In this document: piece after piece, positions 8,109 to 17,754 of the stretch
Layout: every line of letters starts with the position of its first letter
How positions within the stretch are numbered: the first letter of the stretch is position 1
NCBI GenBank assembly: GCA_041739995.1
Contig: JBGSMV010000045.1
Span: 1-51,156 of the forward strand
Reading direction: 5' to 3'
DNA: 51,156 nucleotides
Source: Bdellovibrionota bacterium
GTDB lineage: Bacteria; Bdellovibrionota_C; UBA2361; JBGSMV01
Made by a program: the position numbers and the translations under genes
Notes under the pieces: generated by a model
What the model saw: only the letters and a program-made list of their open reading frames with translations
Databases searched by the model: none
What the model was told of the DNA's origin: nothing

Positions 8109-10586
8109 ATGCCAATGTACGGTCGAACTTTAGAGAGCTCCACTGATTCTGGCGCACTTGTCTCTCCGCACGGATCGCGAGGAGCGCTTCAGCGCGAAGT
8201 TGCGGGGGTACGGGTAGGAAGTGACACTGCCGGACTGCGAGGAGTATCGCTGGGCGAAGACGCGGTATCATCCGCAAGAGCTCAGCGGAGCATATCCCTG
8301 GTAGATAGTGCTGAGAGACCAGACACCCAATCCCGTCGGGGTTTCCCGGGCTTAGCGACGGAAGAGTGGCTTCTTTCTGAAGTGTCTGCGCTTGCCTCCA
8401 AGATGGCCTCCGAAGATTTCAGAGCTAGTCCGGCAAAGCGGCCGAACGACGAACGGATCGAGGCTGAACTCAAGCGAATACTCTCGGAGCATCCACACTT
8501 GGTGAATGAGGACCTTGTGAAACGCGCGCTCTCTCAATTTAACGACGCCTATCGAGCCAAGACCGATAGTCTGTTTTCGAGTGAACTCTCTTGGATAGAG
8601 CGGTCTTATTACCGAACTCGACGCTTCTTTAGCCAAGCCATCGATATTTCAGGGACGGTAGTTAAGGGCCTCGCGTCGTTGGGAAGCATGATGGCGAGCG
8701 GAATGGAGACTCTCGTTGCAGAAGGGATTCCGAAGCTAGCGTCTCGAGAGCTTTGGAATGATGTCGGTTCGGCGCTGATGCGTGGTGCCGAGACGCTTAC
8801 GAGTGCGGAATTTTGGAATTCAGTGGGGAACGGAATTGTCGCTGGCCACCAGCTCTTGGTGAGAGGCGCTGAAGCCTTGATAAACAATCCAGGTGCCGCC
8901 TTGAGCGCTGTGTGGGGAGGAATCCGCGCGATAAGTGACTCAATGGGCGTGACCGACATTGTTCGTGGTGTCGGGCGAATGTTCACTGGTGATTTTGCAG
9001 GTGGTCTCGAGGCGCTTAAAGGAGGTGCCCGGCTTCTTTGTGAGGTGACTGGCCTTGCGGATGCGTGGGGTGCGGTAAAGCACCTTGGACTTGGCGTATA
9101 TGCGCTTGGTCAGGGGGACAAGGCAGGATTCTATGTCCACGTTGGTCAGGCGGCCATGCACGGCGCATTTGCCGCTATGTCTATCGGGTCAATTGCAGCC
9201 ACGGTTGCGACGGGCGGCGCGGCAGCTGGTGCTGTCGTAGGAGTAGTGCTTCTTCGCCAAAGCCTGAAGTCAGCCGCAAAGACTGTGTTGAAGACGGCCG
9301 CAAAGGAGTTCCTCGAGTGTGCGGGCAAAGAGATTGGCGAGAAGGTCGTAAAGGAATTCGGTGAAAAAATTGGAGTAGAACGGCTCGCCCAAGCTTCGCG
9401 CGATCTGGTCGATTCGGGGACGAAGGACGTTCTAAATGACGTACTCGGTACGGGTGGTGCCGCGAAACTAATGGATACGGCCACGCCCCCCGCGGTTCGG
9501 GAAAGATTGATATCGAAGGCAGCGACTGAACTTACACCCGGTAAATTTGAGAGTGTCTTCCGAGAGAATGCAGAGAAATTGACAGACGCGTTGATGAAGG
9601 AAGGAAAAATCGAGAAGTTGGTCGAGAAACACTCCTCAGCGATGCTGAATAATGTAAACAAGAAGAGCGCTCGGAAGCTCGCAAGGGAGTTGGTTGACTC
9701 AGGGCTCGTACGGGATCCTGCATACGCCAAGAGAATGGCCGCGGAGATGAAAAGTGCGCTTAAAAAGGACTACTACCGTAGGCCGCATATCGAAGCAGAC
9801 AAGAATTATTTTGATTCGATTGAAGAAATTGGACGGCATAGAAAGAATGGTGAGGCTCAACGAGGGCAAGCCGATCAAATGATGAAAGCCGTTCTTTCTG
9901 AAGGAGTTTCCCGGGAAGTTCGCGAGTACGTAGAAAAGGGAATGAAAAAAGAGTTTGGCGAAAGGTTAAGTCAGGGTCTCTCCGGACAGCTTCGCGACCC
10001 GGCATCTAAGGCGCTTTCGGAAGTGGTTGAGAGGCAGGCTAAAACTCTAGGCAGAGATGTTGACTCTTTGGTGAAGGAGTATGTTGATGCTTCCTGGAAG
10101 GGTGCGCGTGAGGGCATCGAATCTGCCACTAAGAAAGCGGTTCGACATGGAGTGGACGACGCCTTTACTAAGTTTAGAAAGAGCTCGCTGCCCCATAAAG
10201 TTGGAATCGGCTTGGGGGCGGCACTTTCCGCAGCGGGTCTGGCCGATGCCGGCGGTGGGGTCATGGGTGATCATCTAACGGACACGGACAGAGCCGACAG
10301 GCGCACCTTTCGGGAGGAAAAGGAGGATCATCGAGGTTCACTCCAGTATGATACTCGATCGTACCGACGTGGTCTTCACATGGTGCGCGATGTCTTAGTG
10401 AGATCGGAGGGAGGGAAGTGGGAGATTGCCCATCGCGAAGAAATGGGTATCGCTGAGTTTGCCGAAGATCAGTTGGCGAAGCGGGCGGCTAATCTTACGA
10501 AAGGGCTTCTTAGTGCACTCTCTCCCGGCGCCTCCACGCACGCGAATGGCGGCCGGAACGGCATCGAAGCGAGTCCTGCTTCCTAG
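8109..10586 (+). CDS. Hypothetical ~825-aa helical protein with a central Gly/Ala-rich hydrophobic region
   Basis: GGAGGA lies 7 nt before the ATG at 8109. The hydrophobic segment AFAAMSIGSIAATVATGGAAAGAVVGVVLL is followed by Lys/Glu-rich helices. Confidence 0.8.
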   Translation: MPMYGRTLESSTDSGALVSPHGSRGALQREVAGVRVGSDTAGLRGVSLGEDAVSSARAQRSISLVDSAERPDTQSRRGFPGLATEEWLLSEVSALASKMASEDFRASPAKRPNDERIEAELKRILSEHPHLVNEDLVKRALSQFNDAYRAKTDSLFSSELSWIERSYYRTRRFFSQAIDISGTVVKGLASLGSMMASGMETLVAEGIPKLASRELWNDVGSALMRGAETLTSAEFWNSVGNGIVAGHQLLVRGAEALINNPGAALSAVWGGIRAISDSMGVTDIVRGVGRMFTGDFAGGLEALKGGARLLCEVTGLADAWGAVKHLGLGVYALGQGDKAGFYVHVGQAAMHGAFAAMSIGSIAATVATGGAAAGAVVGVVLLRQSLKSAAKTVLKTAAKEFLECAGKEIGEKVVKEFGEKIGVERLAQASRDLVDSGTKDVLNDVLGTGGAAKLMDTATPPAVRERLISKAATELTPGKFESVFRENAEKLTDALMKEGKIEKLVEKHSSAMLNNVNKKSARKLARELVDSGLVRDPAYAKRMAAEMKSALKKDYYRRPHIEADKNYFDSIEEIGRHRKNGEAQRGQADQMMKAVLSEGVSREVREYVEKGMKKEFGERLSQGLSGQLRDPASKALSEVVERQAKTLGRDVDSLVKEYVDASWKGAREGIESATKKAVRHGVDDAFTKFRKSSLPHKVGIGLGAALSAAGLADAGGGVMGDHLTDTDRADRRTFREEKEDHRGSLQYDTRSYRRGLHMVRDVLVRSEGGKWEIAHREEMGIAEFAEDQLAKRAANLTKGLLSALSPGASTHANGGRNGIEASPAS

Positions 10587-10764
10587 CTCCTAACCCATTT
10601 CGTCAGCGGCTTCGTGGGCCCATCCCCTCAGGGACCTTGGGGGCACCGGGGGGAGCTCTAACCCGCTGATTCGGGAGCCACTTTTGAGTGGTTCTAAGCC
10701 CCGCAACTTTTCGCTCAATTCTCCGAGTATCTCTCCATTGAACTGAATTTCTTTGGAGGACGAT

Positions 10765-11226
10765 ATGCCTAATACAAGTGAACTGCTCTCGAAGCCATCG
10801 ACCGAAACGCTTTGCTCTACGCCCGAGAGTTGGGAGCGCATCCGCAGCAAAGTAGGGTTTCTCGATAGGCTGGTGGAAAGCGGGGAGAGCGCTGAAGAAA
10901 TCGAAATCGATGTGCGTGCCTTAGCCGATCTATTCGCACCAATATTCTGTGACTGGATGCGCAAGAGCGACTTCCCAGAATTTAAGGGAATAGATCCAGA
11001 ATCACATTGGATGGCTGCGCACGCCTTCGTGTGCTTTACCTACCTCGGTGAGCATCCGCGCAGAGCGTCCCTTTTTAAAGTACCGAAGACGTTTGATAGA
11101 CGCTTCTTAGACCTGATGGGTGAAGAGCTGGGCATATCCGATGCTATGTTTCGTGCGATATTACAGGTTTCAGTAGATCTTGTGCGAAAGTTCATTGTGG
11201 AGGTTCATTCGGATCGTGGACATTAA
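10765..11226 (+). CDS. Hypothetical 153-aa protein
   Basis: GGAGG at 10755-10759 precedes the ATG at 10765 (the ORF track starts at TTG 10753). The ORF fills the gap up to the convergent receptor gene. Confidence 0.65.
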   Translation: MPNTSELLSKPSTETLCSTPESWERIRSKVGFLDRLVESGESAEEIEIDVRALADLFAPIFCDWMRKSDFPEFKGIDPESHWMAAHAFVCFTYLGEHPRRASLFKVPKTFDRRFLDLMGEELGISDAMFRAILQVSVDLVRKFIVEVHSDRGH

Positions 11227-11241
11227 TGCGACTCTCTTTGA

Positions 11242-13401
11242 CTAGAAGGTCCCGCGCACCCCAACCAAAAAGGCGCGCCCACGTAGTGGAGCCAGATCTT
11301 TCAGGAATGACGAATGCACGCGAGCTTCCTCGTTGGTCAGATTCGTGGCGCGCAGAAACACACGAGGCCTTTCCTCGGAGCTTTTGGAGGGCAGGATGGT
11401 TGGCGTATAGCCAAGCTCAGCGTTGAACATGGTGTAGCCATCTGTGGTTGTTTCAAAGTCAGAGACCCGATCTTGTTCGCTTACGAATACCGCCTCTAGT
11501 GATGAGTCAAATTGACTCCCTAAGAGATATTCTGCTCGAACGATATTTCGAAGCGGTGGAATACGCGCGAGCGGGTCGTCGGCGCTCTCATTTCTAGCTC
11601 TTAAAAAATCTAGCTGATAATGCAGTAAGAGCTCATCGCGAGAAAGGTTGAGTAGCCGATTGAGATGAAGTGTAGAACTGAATTCGAATCCTATGAAAAG
11701 CGCCTCTACTGACTGGTAATCGTAGACAGGAAGGTCGTCGATGAATTCATCGGTTGCGGAGAGATCTATATACTCAGAGAAATGCTGTATGAATGGCGTC
11801 ACCGCGCCGGTGATGAGGCCAGTATTTTTTCTAAAAGCCAAATCTGCGCCCCATGACTTCTCGATCGACAGGTTAGAGTCGCCGACTTCGAAAATTTGTC
11901 GCGCCAGATGGGGTCCGAAGGCGAAGAGCTCAGTCGCACTTGGTGCACGCTCGGTGCGTGCGAGGGAGAGAGCAACAGAGTAGGAGGCGTCTTGGCCGAA
12001 GTCCCAAACAGGCCCTAAAGAAATGCTATAGGGAACAAAGGACTGAGAATCGGCATTGAGGGGATCTCTATGCACAAATTCAACGCGGCCACCAAGTTCA
12101 AGTCTCAAATCTTTCAAAAGTGAGGCTTTCTCAAATACGAAGAGCGCAGGAGTTGTTGATCTCGTAGGTTCTAGGTACACCTCTTCACCAGTCGCAGAGA
12201 AGTCATCGTAGGTAAACTGGACTCCCCAAGAACCGTTCAGAGCGCCCAGGGGAGACTTAAATGGGCGGTGGACTAATTCGAAACGACTCTCAAAGGTGTT
12301 GCGCTCAAAGCGAGTGCTTACTTCGCCATTCTCGATTTCACTGTGTCTGTAGCGAGTAACGGCGGCCTCGACCTGGGTAGCTTCCACAAGCTCTGAAACA
12401 TTATTAACTCTTCCACGTAAGGCTAAGCGTAGGCTTTTGGCATCGATGCGGACGCTTTCCTCTTCCTCCGAATCGTGATCAGCCTCTTGATGATCGGCCT
12501 CCATGTGGTCCTCGGTATGCTCTTCTGTATGCGCATGGCCGGGAATTCCGTAGTCAGAATCAAGGGCATTGAGCGAAAGCCCAAAGAAGCCTTGATCCCA
12601 AATGTAGGAGCTCCCCACTGTAGCGCCATAGGTCTCAGAACTTGTATTGGGAACTTTCCCCTTAATCTCGTCTTCATCCGAATGATCGCCGTCTTCGGAC
12701 TCAGACTCGCGAAGCTGTGAAGACTCAGCAAATCCGGGAATGCGATAGTCATTCGTAGAGCGATAGAAGCCAGAAGTGCGCACCGTCACAGAGCCTTCGG
12801 GAGTGCGGTTAAGTTCCCCAAGGAAGCTCGCTCCCACGGAGCGCTCATCGTCAGCGTTTGAACCAACGGCGCCGAATATTTCGGTTTCAAAGGGTGAAGG
12901 GAGGAAATTCTCGGGAATATCTTTGCCAACAACGTTTACCGATCCGCCAATGCTCGAGTTTCCGTATCGCAGGCTCTCCGGTCCGCGAACTAGCTCGATG
13001 GCGTCGGCCTGAGACGGGTCGGCGCTCACTAGATGGTCTTCGCTGATCTCTGAGACATCACCGGTGCCAAGCCCGTCTGTCATTACCTTGAGGCGGTCTC
13101 CTGAGAAACCTCGAACAATGGGACGGCTGGCGCCTGGACCGAAGAAGGAGCTGCGTACTCCAGGCTCTAGTTCAAGGGTCTCGCCAAGAGTCGCGGAGAG
13201 ACGGCGCTCTAAGTCTCGTCTATCGAGCACTTCAGCAGCTCTCCCAAATGAGAGGGCGCCGCCACTAGGCGCAGGAGCTTTCACAATGATGGTGGTGACT
13301 TCTGTAGGTTCGGCTGGCGGATCTTCTGCAAGCGCGTGCTCAGCCAACAATATGGGCAGTAATGAGGCCCAACACAAGAATGACGTAGCTCGATATCCCA
13401 T
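11242..13401 (-). CDS. TonB-dependent receptor, ZnuD-like zinc uptake family
   Basis: Signal peptide; plug motifs TLGETLELEPGV, GPGASRPIVRG and IELVRGPESLRYG; His/acid-rich loop (GHAHTEEHTEDHMEADHQEADHD); C-terminal NLTNEEARVHSSFLKDLAPLRGR...GTF. The start was moved to ATG 13401 because the upstream in-frame codons lie within the operator palindrome. Confidence 0.9.
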   Translation of the reverse strand: MGYRATSFLCWASLLPILLAEHALAEDPPAEPTEVTTIIVKAPAPSGGALSFGRAAEVLDRRDLERRLSATLGETLELEPGVRSSFFGPGASRPIVRGFSGDRLKVMTDGLGTGDVSEISEDHLVSADPSQADAIELVRGPESLRYGNSSIGGSVNVVGKDIPENFLPSPFETEIFGAVGSNADDERSVGASFLGELNRTPEGSVTVRTSGFYRSTNDYRIPGFAESSQLRESESEDGDHSDEDEIKGKVPNTSSETYGATVGSSYIWDQGFFGLSLNALDSDYGIPGHAHTEEHTEDHMEADHQEADHDSEEEESVRIDAKSLRLALRGRVNNVSELVEATQVEAAVTRYRHSEIENGEVSTRFERNTFESRFELVHRPFKSPLGALNGSWGVQFTYDDFSATGEEVYLEPTRSTTPALFVFEKASLLKDLRLELGGRVEFVHRDPLNADSQSFVPYSISLGPVWDFGQDASYSVALSLARTERAPSATELFAFGPHLARQIFEVGDSNLSIEKSWGADLAFRKNTGLITGAVTPFIQHFSEYIDLSATDEFIDDLPVYDYQSVEALFIGFEFSSTLHLNRLLNLSRDELLLHYQLDFLRARNESADDPLARIPPLRNIVRAEYLLGSQFDSSLEAVFVSEQDRVSDFETTTDGYTMFNAELGYTPTILPSKSSEERPRVFLRATNLTNEEARVHSSFLKDLAPLRGRAFLVGVRGTF

Positions 13402-13409
13402 GATTTCTC

Positions 13410-13430
13410 TAACGCAACCAAGTTGCATTA
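13410..13430 (-). promoter_or_regulatory. Zur-type operator palindrome upstream of the ZnuD-like receptor
   Basis: Minus strand reads TAATGCAAC-TTG-GTTGCGTTA, 8 nt before the ATG. It matches the second copy at 16438-16458. Confidence 0.75.
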
Positions 13431-13724
13431 TCAAATAGAGTATCTTGTATAGCGAGTCAATGACGAAAGAGGGGAATTCTTAGGGTGGTCGAAGTGATTG
13501 GCTCCACAGGGTTCCAAGGCATCGTTGCCCGATCGGACTAAGCGCAAGCGAGTTGGACGTTGGCCCCAAACGCGGGTAGTTGGCAAAGAAACCCGGGCGC
13601 TCAGCGGGAGGCCGAATATTTTTTCTATTCGGCCTAGCAGCCCCGCCCGTGGCAGGTCTGAGCTGGCCCAGATTCCACGGACGCGGTAACAATACGGCAT
13701 CAGCGTAGGTGTTTAGGCATTGAG

Positions 13725-14357
13725 ATGGGGCTTATGTATCAAATAAAGTCAGCTAAAATTTCTCGAACTTTTGGAAGCATGTTGGCCGGAGCGCTCATGC
13801 TTCTTGTGCCGATCCTCCTTGGTGGCTGTGGGTACAACACCCTGCAGCGAGGAGACGAGGAAATTAAGTCAGCATGGGCCGAGGTGCTCAATCAATATCA
13901 ACGCAGGGCGGACTTGGTGCCAAACCTGGTGAACACCGTCAAAGGCTATGCGTCTCACGAGCAACAGGTCTTCGAAGAAGTCACCAATGCTCGTTCACGA
14001 GTCGGGCAAATAAATGTTTCTCCTGAGCTGCTTAACGATGAAGCTGGATTTCAGAAGTTTGTGCAAGCTCAAGGGCAAATGACTGGGGCGCTCTCGCGAC
14101 TTATCGCAGTGGCTGAGAACTATCCTGATTTAAAGGCCGACGGCGCGTTCCGAGACTTGCAAGCTCAGCTCGAAGGCACCGAGAACCGCATCGCGGTTGC
14201 CCGCAAGCGCTACATTGACTCGGTCAAGGAATACAACATTACCGTGAGGTCTTTCCCTTCTAATCTGATTGCGATGTTATTTGGGTACAGCACCAAGCCC
14301 ACGTTCACGGTAGAAAATGAGCAAGCGATCGCCTCACCACCTAAGGTTGAGTTCTAG
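13725..14357 (+). CDS. lemA: LemA family protein
   Basis: Motifs GCGYNTLQ, YQRRADLVPNLVNTVKGYASHE, ENYPDLKA, LEGTENRIAVAR and FPSNL. Exact start uncertain. Confidence 0.95.
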   Translation: MGLMYQIKSAKISRTFGSMLAGALMLLVPILLGGCGYNTLQRGDEEIKSAWAEVLNQYQRRADLVPNLVNTVKGYASHEQQVFEEVTNARSRVGQINVSPELLNDEAGFQKFVQAQGQMTGALSRLIAVAENYPDLKADGAFRDLQAQLEGTENRIAVARKRYIDSVKEYNITVRSFPSNLIAMLFGYSTKPTFTVENEQAIASPPKVEF

Positions 14358-14421
14358 GTTCGCTGAACGAATGGTCGACGACGCGTGGAGCGAGATTTTC
14401 AGACGGAATTTTGAGTATCGC

Positions 14422-15294
14422 ATGCCGATTCTCGCACTTAGGAAAAGGTGGCAGCCGGCACTCTTAAATGTGTTGGTGCTGCTGTGTGGCTGGGTTTTGG
14501 GCATTGGTGCCGCCGTTGCTGATCAAACGGTGCCGTCACTAAGTGCGCGCGTCACGGACCTCACCTCAACACTGTCTTCGGAGCAGATGGGGGTGCTTGA
14601 GAAGCGCCTTGCTCAAATGGAGGCGGAGAAAGGGTCTCAATTCGCCATTCTGCTAGTTCCGACCACAGAGCCAGAAACTATTGAGCAATACTCACTTCGC
14701 GTAGTTGAGAGATGGAAACTTGGTCGCAAGGGTGTAGATGACGGCGTGCTGTTGTTACTCGCGATGGAAGATCGAGCCATGCGAATCGAGGTTGGATATG
14801 GCCTTGAAGGAGCGCTCACTGATGCGCTTTCAAGTCGAATCATCCGAGAAATTTTGACTCCAGAGCTGCGCGCGGGCAGGCCCTTTGAAGCGATTTCAGG
14901 CGCAGTCGATGCTATTGAGAAAGTGCTTCGTGGAGAAGAACTTCCGCCCCCGATCGCTGGCCGCAATTCTCAGAACTCCTCAGAGAGCGACCCGATTGGG
15001 TTTATTCTCATCTTGCCCTTTATCCTTGGGAGCGTGTTGCGGAATCTGCTTGGACGGCCCATTGCAGGCGTGGCGACTTTTGGTGTTGCCGCAGCCGTAG
15101 GCGCGGTCATGGGCTATCTGATGTTCGGGGCTCTGGTTGGCCTCGTTGCGGGGCTCTTTGTCGCTTTTGGATCGTCGGTGAGCGGGGGAAGGGGCCGTGG
15201 CAGCAGCTGGGGCGGTGGAAGTAGTTCCAGCGGTGGAGGCTTTAGCGGTGGTGGTGGAAGCTTTGGTGGGGGAGGGGCGTCCGGGCGCTGGTGA
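14422..15294 (+). CDS. TPM-domain (YgcG-like) membrane protein with Gly-rich tail
   Basis: VTDLTSTLS, WKLGRKGVDDGVLLL, RIEVGYGLEGALTD and a GGFSGGGGSFGGGGASGRW tail. Typical lemA partner. Start uncertain (the ORF track gives 14317). Confidence 0.92.
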   Translation: MPILALRKRWQPALLNVLVLLCGWVLGIGAAVADQTVPSLSARVTDLTSTLSSEQMGVLEKRLAQMEAEKGSQFAILLVPTTEPETIEQYSLRVVERWKLGRKGVDDGVLLLLAMEDRAMRIEVGYGLEGALTDALSSRIIREILTPELRAGRPFEAISGAVDAIEKVLRGEELPPPIAGRNSQNSSESDPIGFILILPFILGSVLRNLLGRPIAGVATFGVAAAVGAVMGYLMFGALVGLVAGLFVAFGSSVSGGRGRGSSWGGGSSSSGGGFSGGGGSFGGGGASGRW

Positions 15295-15809
15295 GTATGA
15301 CTACATTCTTTCACAATTTTCAAAGAGCCTTTCGGCACATGTGCACCACTAGCGGAGCGGTTGAGCGTGCCTTTGGTGCGGATTTCGCTCAGAGAATTGC
15401 CGCGAAGGTAAAGACCAGCGAGGCGCAGCATAGTGGAGAACTAGTTGTGGTGATTGAGGCTGCGCTTGACCCGCTTGTGGCGCTTTCAGGAGTTACCGGA
15501 CCGCAACGCGCTATTGAAATATTCGGTCAAAAGCGAGTGTGGGATACAGAGCAGAACAACGGAGTGCTGTTGTATGTGCTGCTTGCTGATAGGGATATAG
15601 AGATCCTTGCAGATCGTGGCATCGCGCAGCATGTGCCAAATACTGAGTGGCAGCGAGTGTGCGAGGGGGTCGAAGAGCAATTTAGGCAGCAGCAGTTCAT
15701 TCTTGGCATTGAGCGCGCAATCGAGGAAGTGACGCTACATTTACGCAAGCACTTTCCCCCGAAAGCTACCGATGTGAATGAACTGCCGGACGGGTCGATA
15801 TTGGTGTGA
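15291..15809 (+). CDS. TPM-domain protein
   Basis: SEAQHSGELVVVIE, VWDTEQNNGVLLYVLLADR.IEILADRGI and NELPD. It overlaps the previous stop codon (GTGA). Confidence 0.92.
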   Translation: MSMTTFFHNFQRAFRHMCTTSGAVERAFGADFAQRIAAKVKTSEAQHSGELVVVIEAALDPLVALSGVTGPQRAIEIFGQKRVWDTEQNNGVLLYVLLADRDIEILADRGIAQHVPNTEWQRVCEGVEEQFRQQQFILGIERAIEEVTLHLRKHFPPKATDVNELPDGSILV

Positions 15810-15830
15810 GTGTGGAGCGGAGCCGGCTCG

Positions 15831-16427
15831 TTAGTGACGACAGTGACTTCCGTGAACATGCGGGCCTTCACCCTCATGAGTATGAGTAGTGCAGCTTGAG
15901 CACGATCGGCACAGGCGATCGTTGAGGAAATGTCCAAGTGCGAGCGTTAGGCCACCAATGCCCATCAGAACCCAGTGCAGAGTCTCACTGGAGAAATGAA
16001 GCGCGCTGATATCTCCGAGCAGTAGCGTCGAAGTGTGAGAGTGCCCATCTCCGGAAAGTATCGAATGATCCAGGAGTGACATCCCGCTTGCGAAGAGGGC
16101 CGCGGCTGCCGCGATGAAAAGTAGTAGTTTCCATTGACCATGGATGCGTACGCCCCAACAAAAGCTTGCGGTCGCAAGTGTAAGTGCAATCCCAATCATT
16201 ATGAGCTCAAACAAACTATGCGCGAGAAAAGATAATCCAATGAGCGGAAGCAGCGTAATGATGAATGGCAGAGCGACGCAGTGCAGTGCGCAGGCGAATG
16301 AAAGAGTGCCGCCGACAGAGTCTAGAAGGCTTCGTGATCGGTGCCCGGTTGCCTGCTGAGGTGCAGCGATTAGAGCGCGCGCCCCGGGTCTAAAGGCGGG
16401 ACCTGAATATGGCGTGATCTGAGGCAT
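15831..16427 (-). CDS. MerC-family metal transporter with His-rich motifs
   Basis: LDSVGGTLSFACALHCVALPF motif, about 4 TM helices, GHFLN, and a C-terminal CRSCSSCTTHTHEGEGPHVHGSHCRH. The start was moved to ATG 16427, downstream of the operator. Confidence 0.85.
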   Translation of the reverse strand: MPQITPYSGPAFRPGARALIAAPQQATGHRSRSLLDSVGGTLSFACALHCVALPFIITLLPLIGLSFLAHSLFELIMIGIALTLATASFCWGVRIHGQWKLLLFIAAAAALFASGMSLLDHSILSGDGHSHTSTLLLGDISALHFSSETLHWVLMGIGGLTLALGHFLNDRLCRSCSSCTTHTHEGEGPHVHGSHCRH

Positions 16428-16437
16428 GCCTAGATGG

Positions 16438-16458
16438 TAATGCAACTGAGTTTCATTA
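16438..16458 (-). promoter_or_regulatory. Zur-type operator palindrome upstream of the MerC-family gene
   Basis: Plus strand reads TAATGCAAC-TGA-GTTTCATTA, a near-perfect 9-3-9 inverted repeat lying 10 nt before the ATG. Confidence 0.75.
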
Positions 16459-16489
16459 GTCAAAGAAGCGCTTAAGGGGCGAATTTTGG

Positions 16490-17581
16490 CTACTCTAGGC
16501 CAGTTCCAAGCACCAACCAGCGGCGTTCTTGGGGGGCGCCGGTACGCGCACTCGAGCCGGAGTGCACCCAGCTGCGCGCTTTAAAAATGAAGTGGATGTT
16601 TCCATCGGGTAGTGCTGCTTCTTTGGGAGGATTGGGGTCTCGAGCCCCGTGTGTAACGGCAGAGGCCAACACGTCGTCGAAGCGTTGGCTACCCGACGAG
16701 TTCTCAAGCGAGACGCGAACAAGCTTTCCGGCCGGAGACATCACTGCCTTTACTACAGTGTCCGATGATAGGCCGCGAATGTCAGCTGCGCTAAGGTGTT
16801 CCCAGCCAGACGCTCGAAGATTATTAAAAACCTGAATAGCCACACGTCGCACAAAAACCGCAAACAGATTTGCCTTGGTGTTGAGGAAGGTAATGTCACC
16901 GTCGGGTAGCGATGGAATATAATCCGGAGAACCAGAGATCCCAAGAATCTGAGCGCCTGAGCCGCTCGCCCTGGAGAATGGTTGGGCAGACGCCATCGAG
17001 CCTGTTTCTGACGGAGCCCCGGAGCCTGAGAGTGCGGCGCGAAGTCTATCCTCGCTGCTCTCGTCTTTGGCACTCGCGAACTCACGCAACAGCGTGTCTT
17101 CATCAAGTGCGAGCTGTGGAAGAGTTGAAGTGCTGCGATTTGCCTTGGAGGGGCTAGGATTAGATTGGCGGCGGGCTTGTGGTGCTGTGCTCGCCTGTTT
17201 GTTGACTGCTTGTTGAGGAGCGGAAGCTGCAGCGGCGGAAGCGGGCTGCAGCCCAGCCTTTGGATCATCTCCGCGCTTGATTTGAAGCTTATCGGCGGAG
17301 GCGTCTCTATCTGAGAGAAAGGCATCTGGAGCCGGAGGTTTGTCGAGCGACTGTTCGGGCGGTGTCACCATCTGTCGTTTCGGGTCTGAGGCGCTCTTGG
17401 GTGGAGGTGGTATGAATGACACCATCATCGGTGGTTCAATCGCTGCCGAAGATGAGGACCCACGCGAGCTAAGCTCAAAGTAGGTGACTGCAACAAATAG
17501 GAGATGTACCAGTAGCGAGACCAGTGCGCCTGAGAGGAAGTAAGAATCTATGCTGCGATCTTCTAGGAGTCTCGAATGCAT
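16490..17581 (-). CDS. TonB-family energy transducer (TonB C-terminal domain protein)
   Basis: N-terminal TM with SLLVH, a Pro/Ala/Ser-rich spacer, and a C-terminal domain with GKLVRVSLENSSGSQRFDD...PNPP. Confidence 0.8.
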   Translation of the reverse strand: MHSRLLEDRSIDSYFLSGALVSLLVHLLFVAVTYFELSSRGSSSSAAIEPPMMVSFIPPPPKSASDPKRQMVTPPEQSLDKPPAPDAFLSDRDASADKLQIKRGDDPKAGLQPASAAAASAPQQAVNKQASTAPQARRQSNPSPSKANRSTSTLPQLALDEDTLLREFASAKDESSEDRLRAALSGSGAPSETGSMASAQPFSRASGSGAQILGISGSPDYIPSLPDGDITFLNTKANLFAVFVRRVAIQVFNNLRASGWEHLSAADIRGLSSDTVVKAVMSPAGKLVRVSLENSSGSQRFDDVLASAVTHGARDPNPPKEAALPDGNIHFIFKARSWVHSGSSARTGAPQERRWLVLGTGLE

Positions 17582-17754
17582 GCAGTGCCCCGCCCAGCAC
17601 AAACTTTAGCCAACACGATCTTTAGATGGTAAGCCGCAGTTGTGCAAATTTATGGGGTTTTAGTCAGTGATCAGAGAGTAGTAGTGACTACGGTCTGTTG
17701 AAAGCAGCAAATGGTGAGCTTGGAACTGGAGGTTCTAGTCGTAGCGAATCTGCT

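Noticed and set aside
15831..16427. merC as evidence of a mercury-resistance operon or transposon
   Set aside because: No merR, merA, merT, merP or transposase is nearby. The operator and His-rich neighbours point to zinc or other metal uptake.
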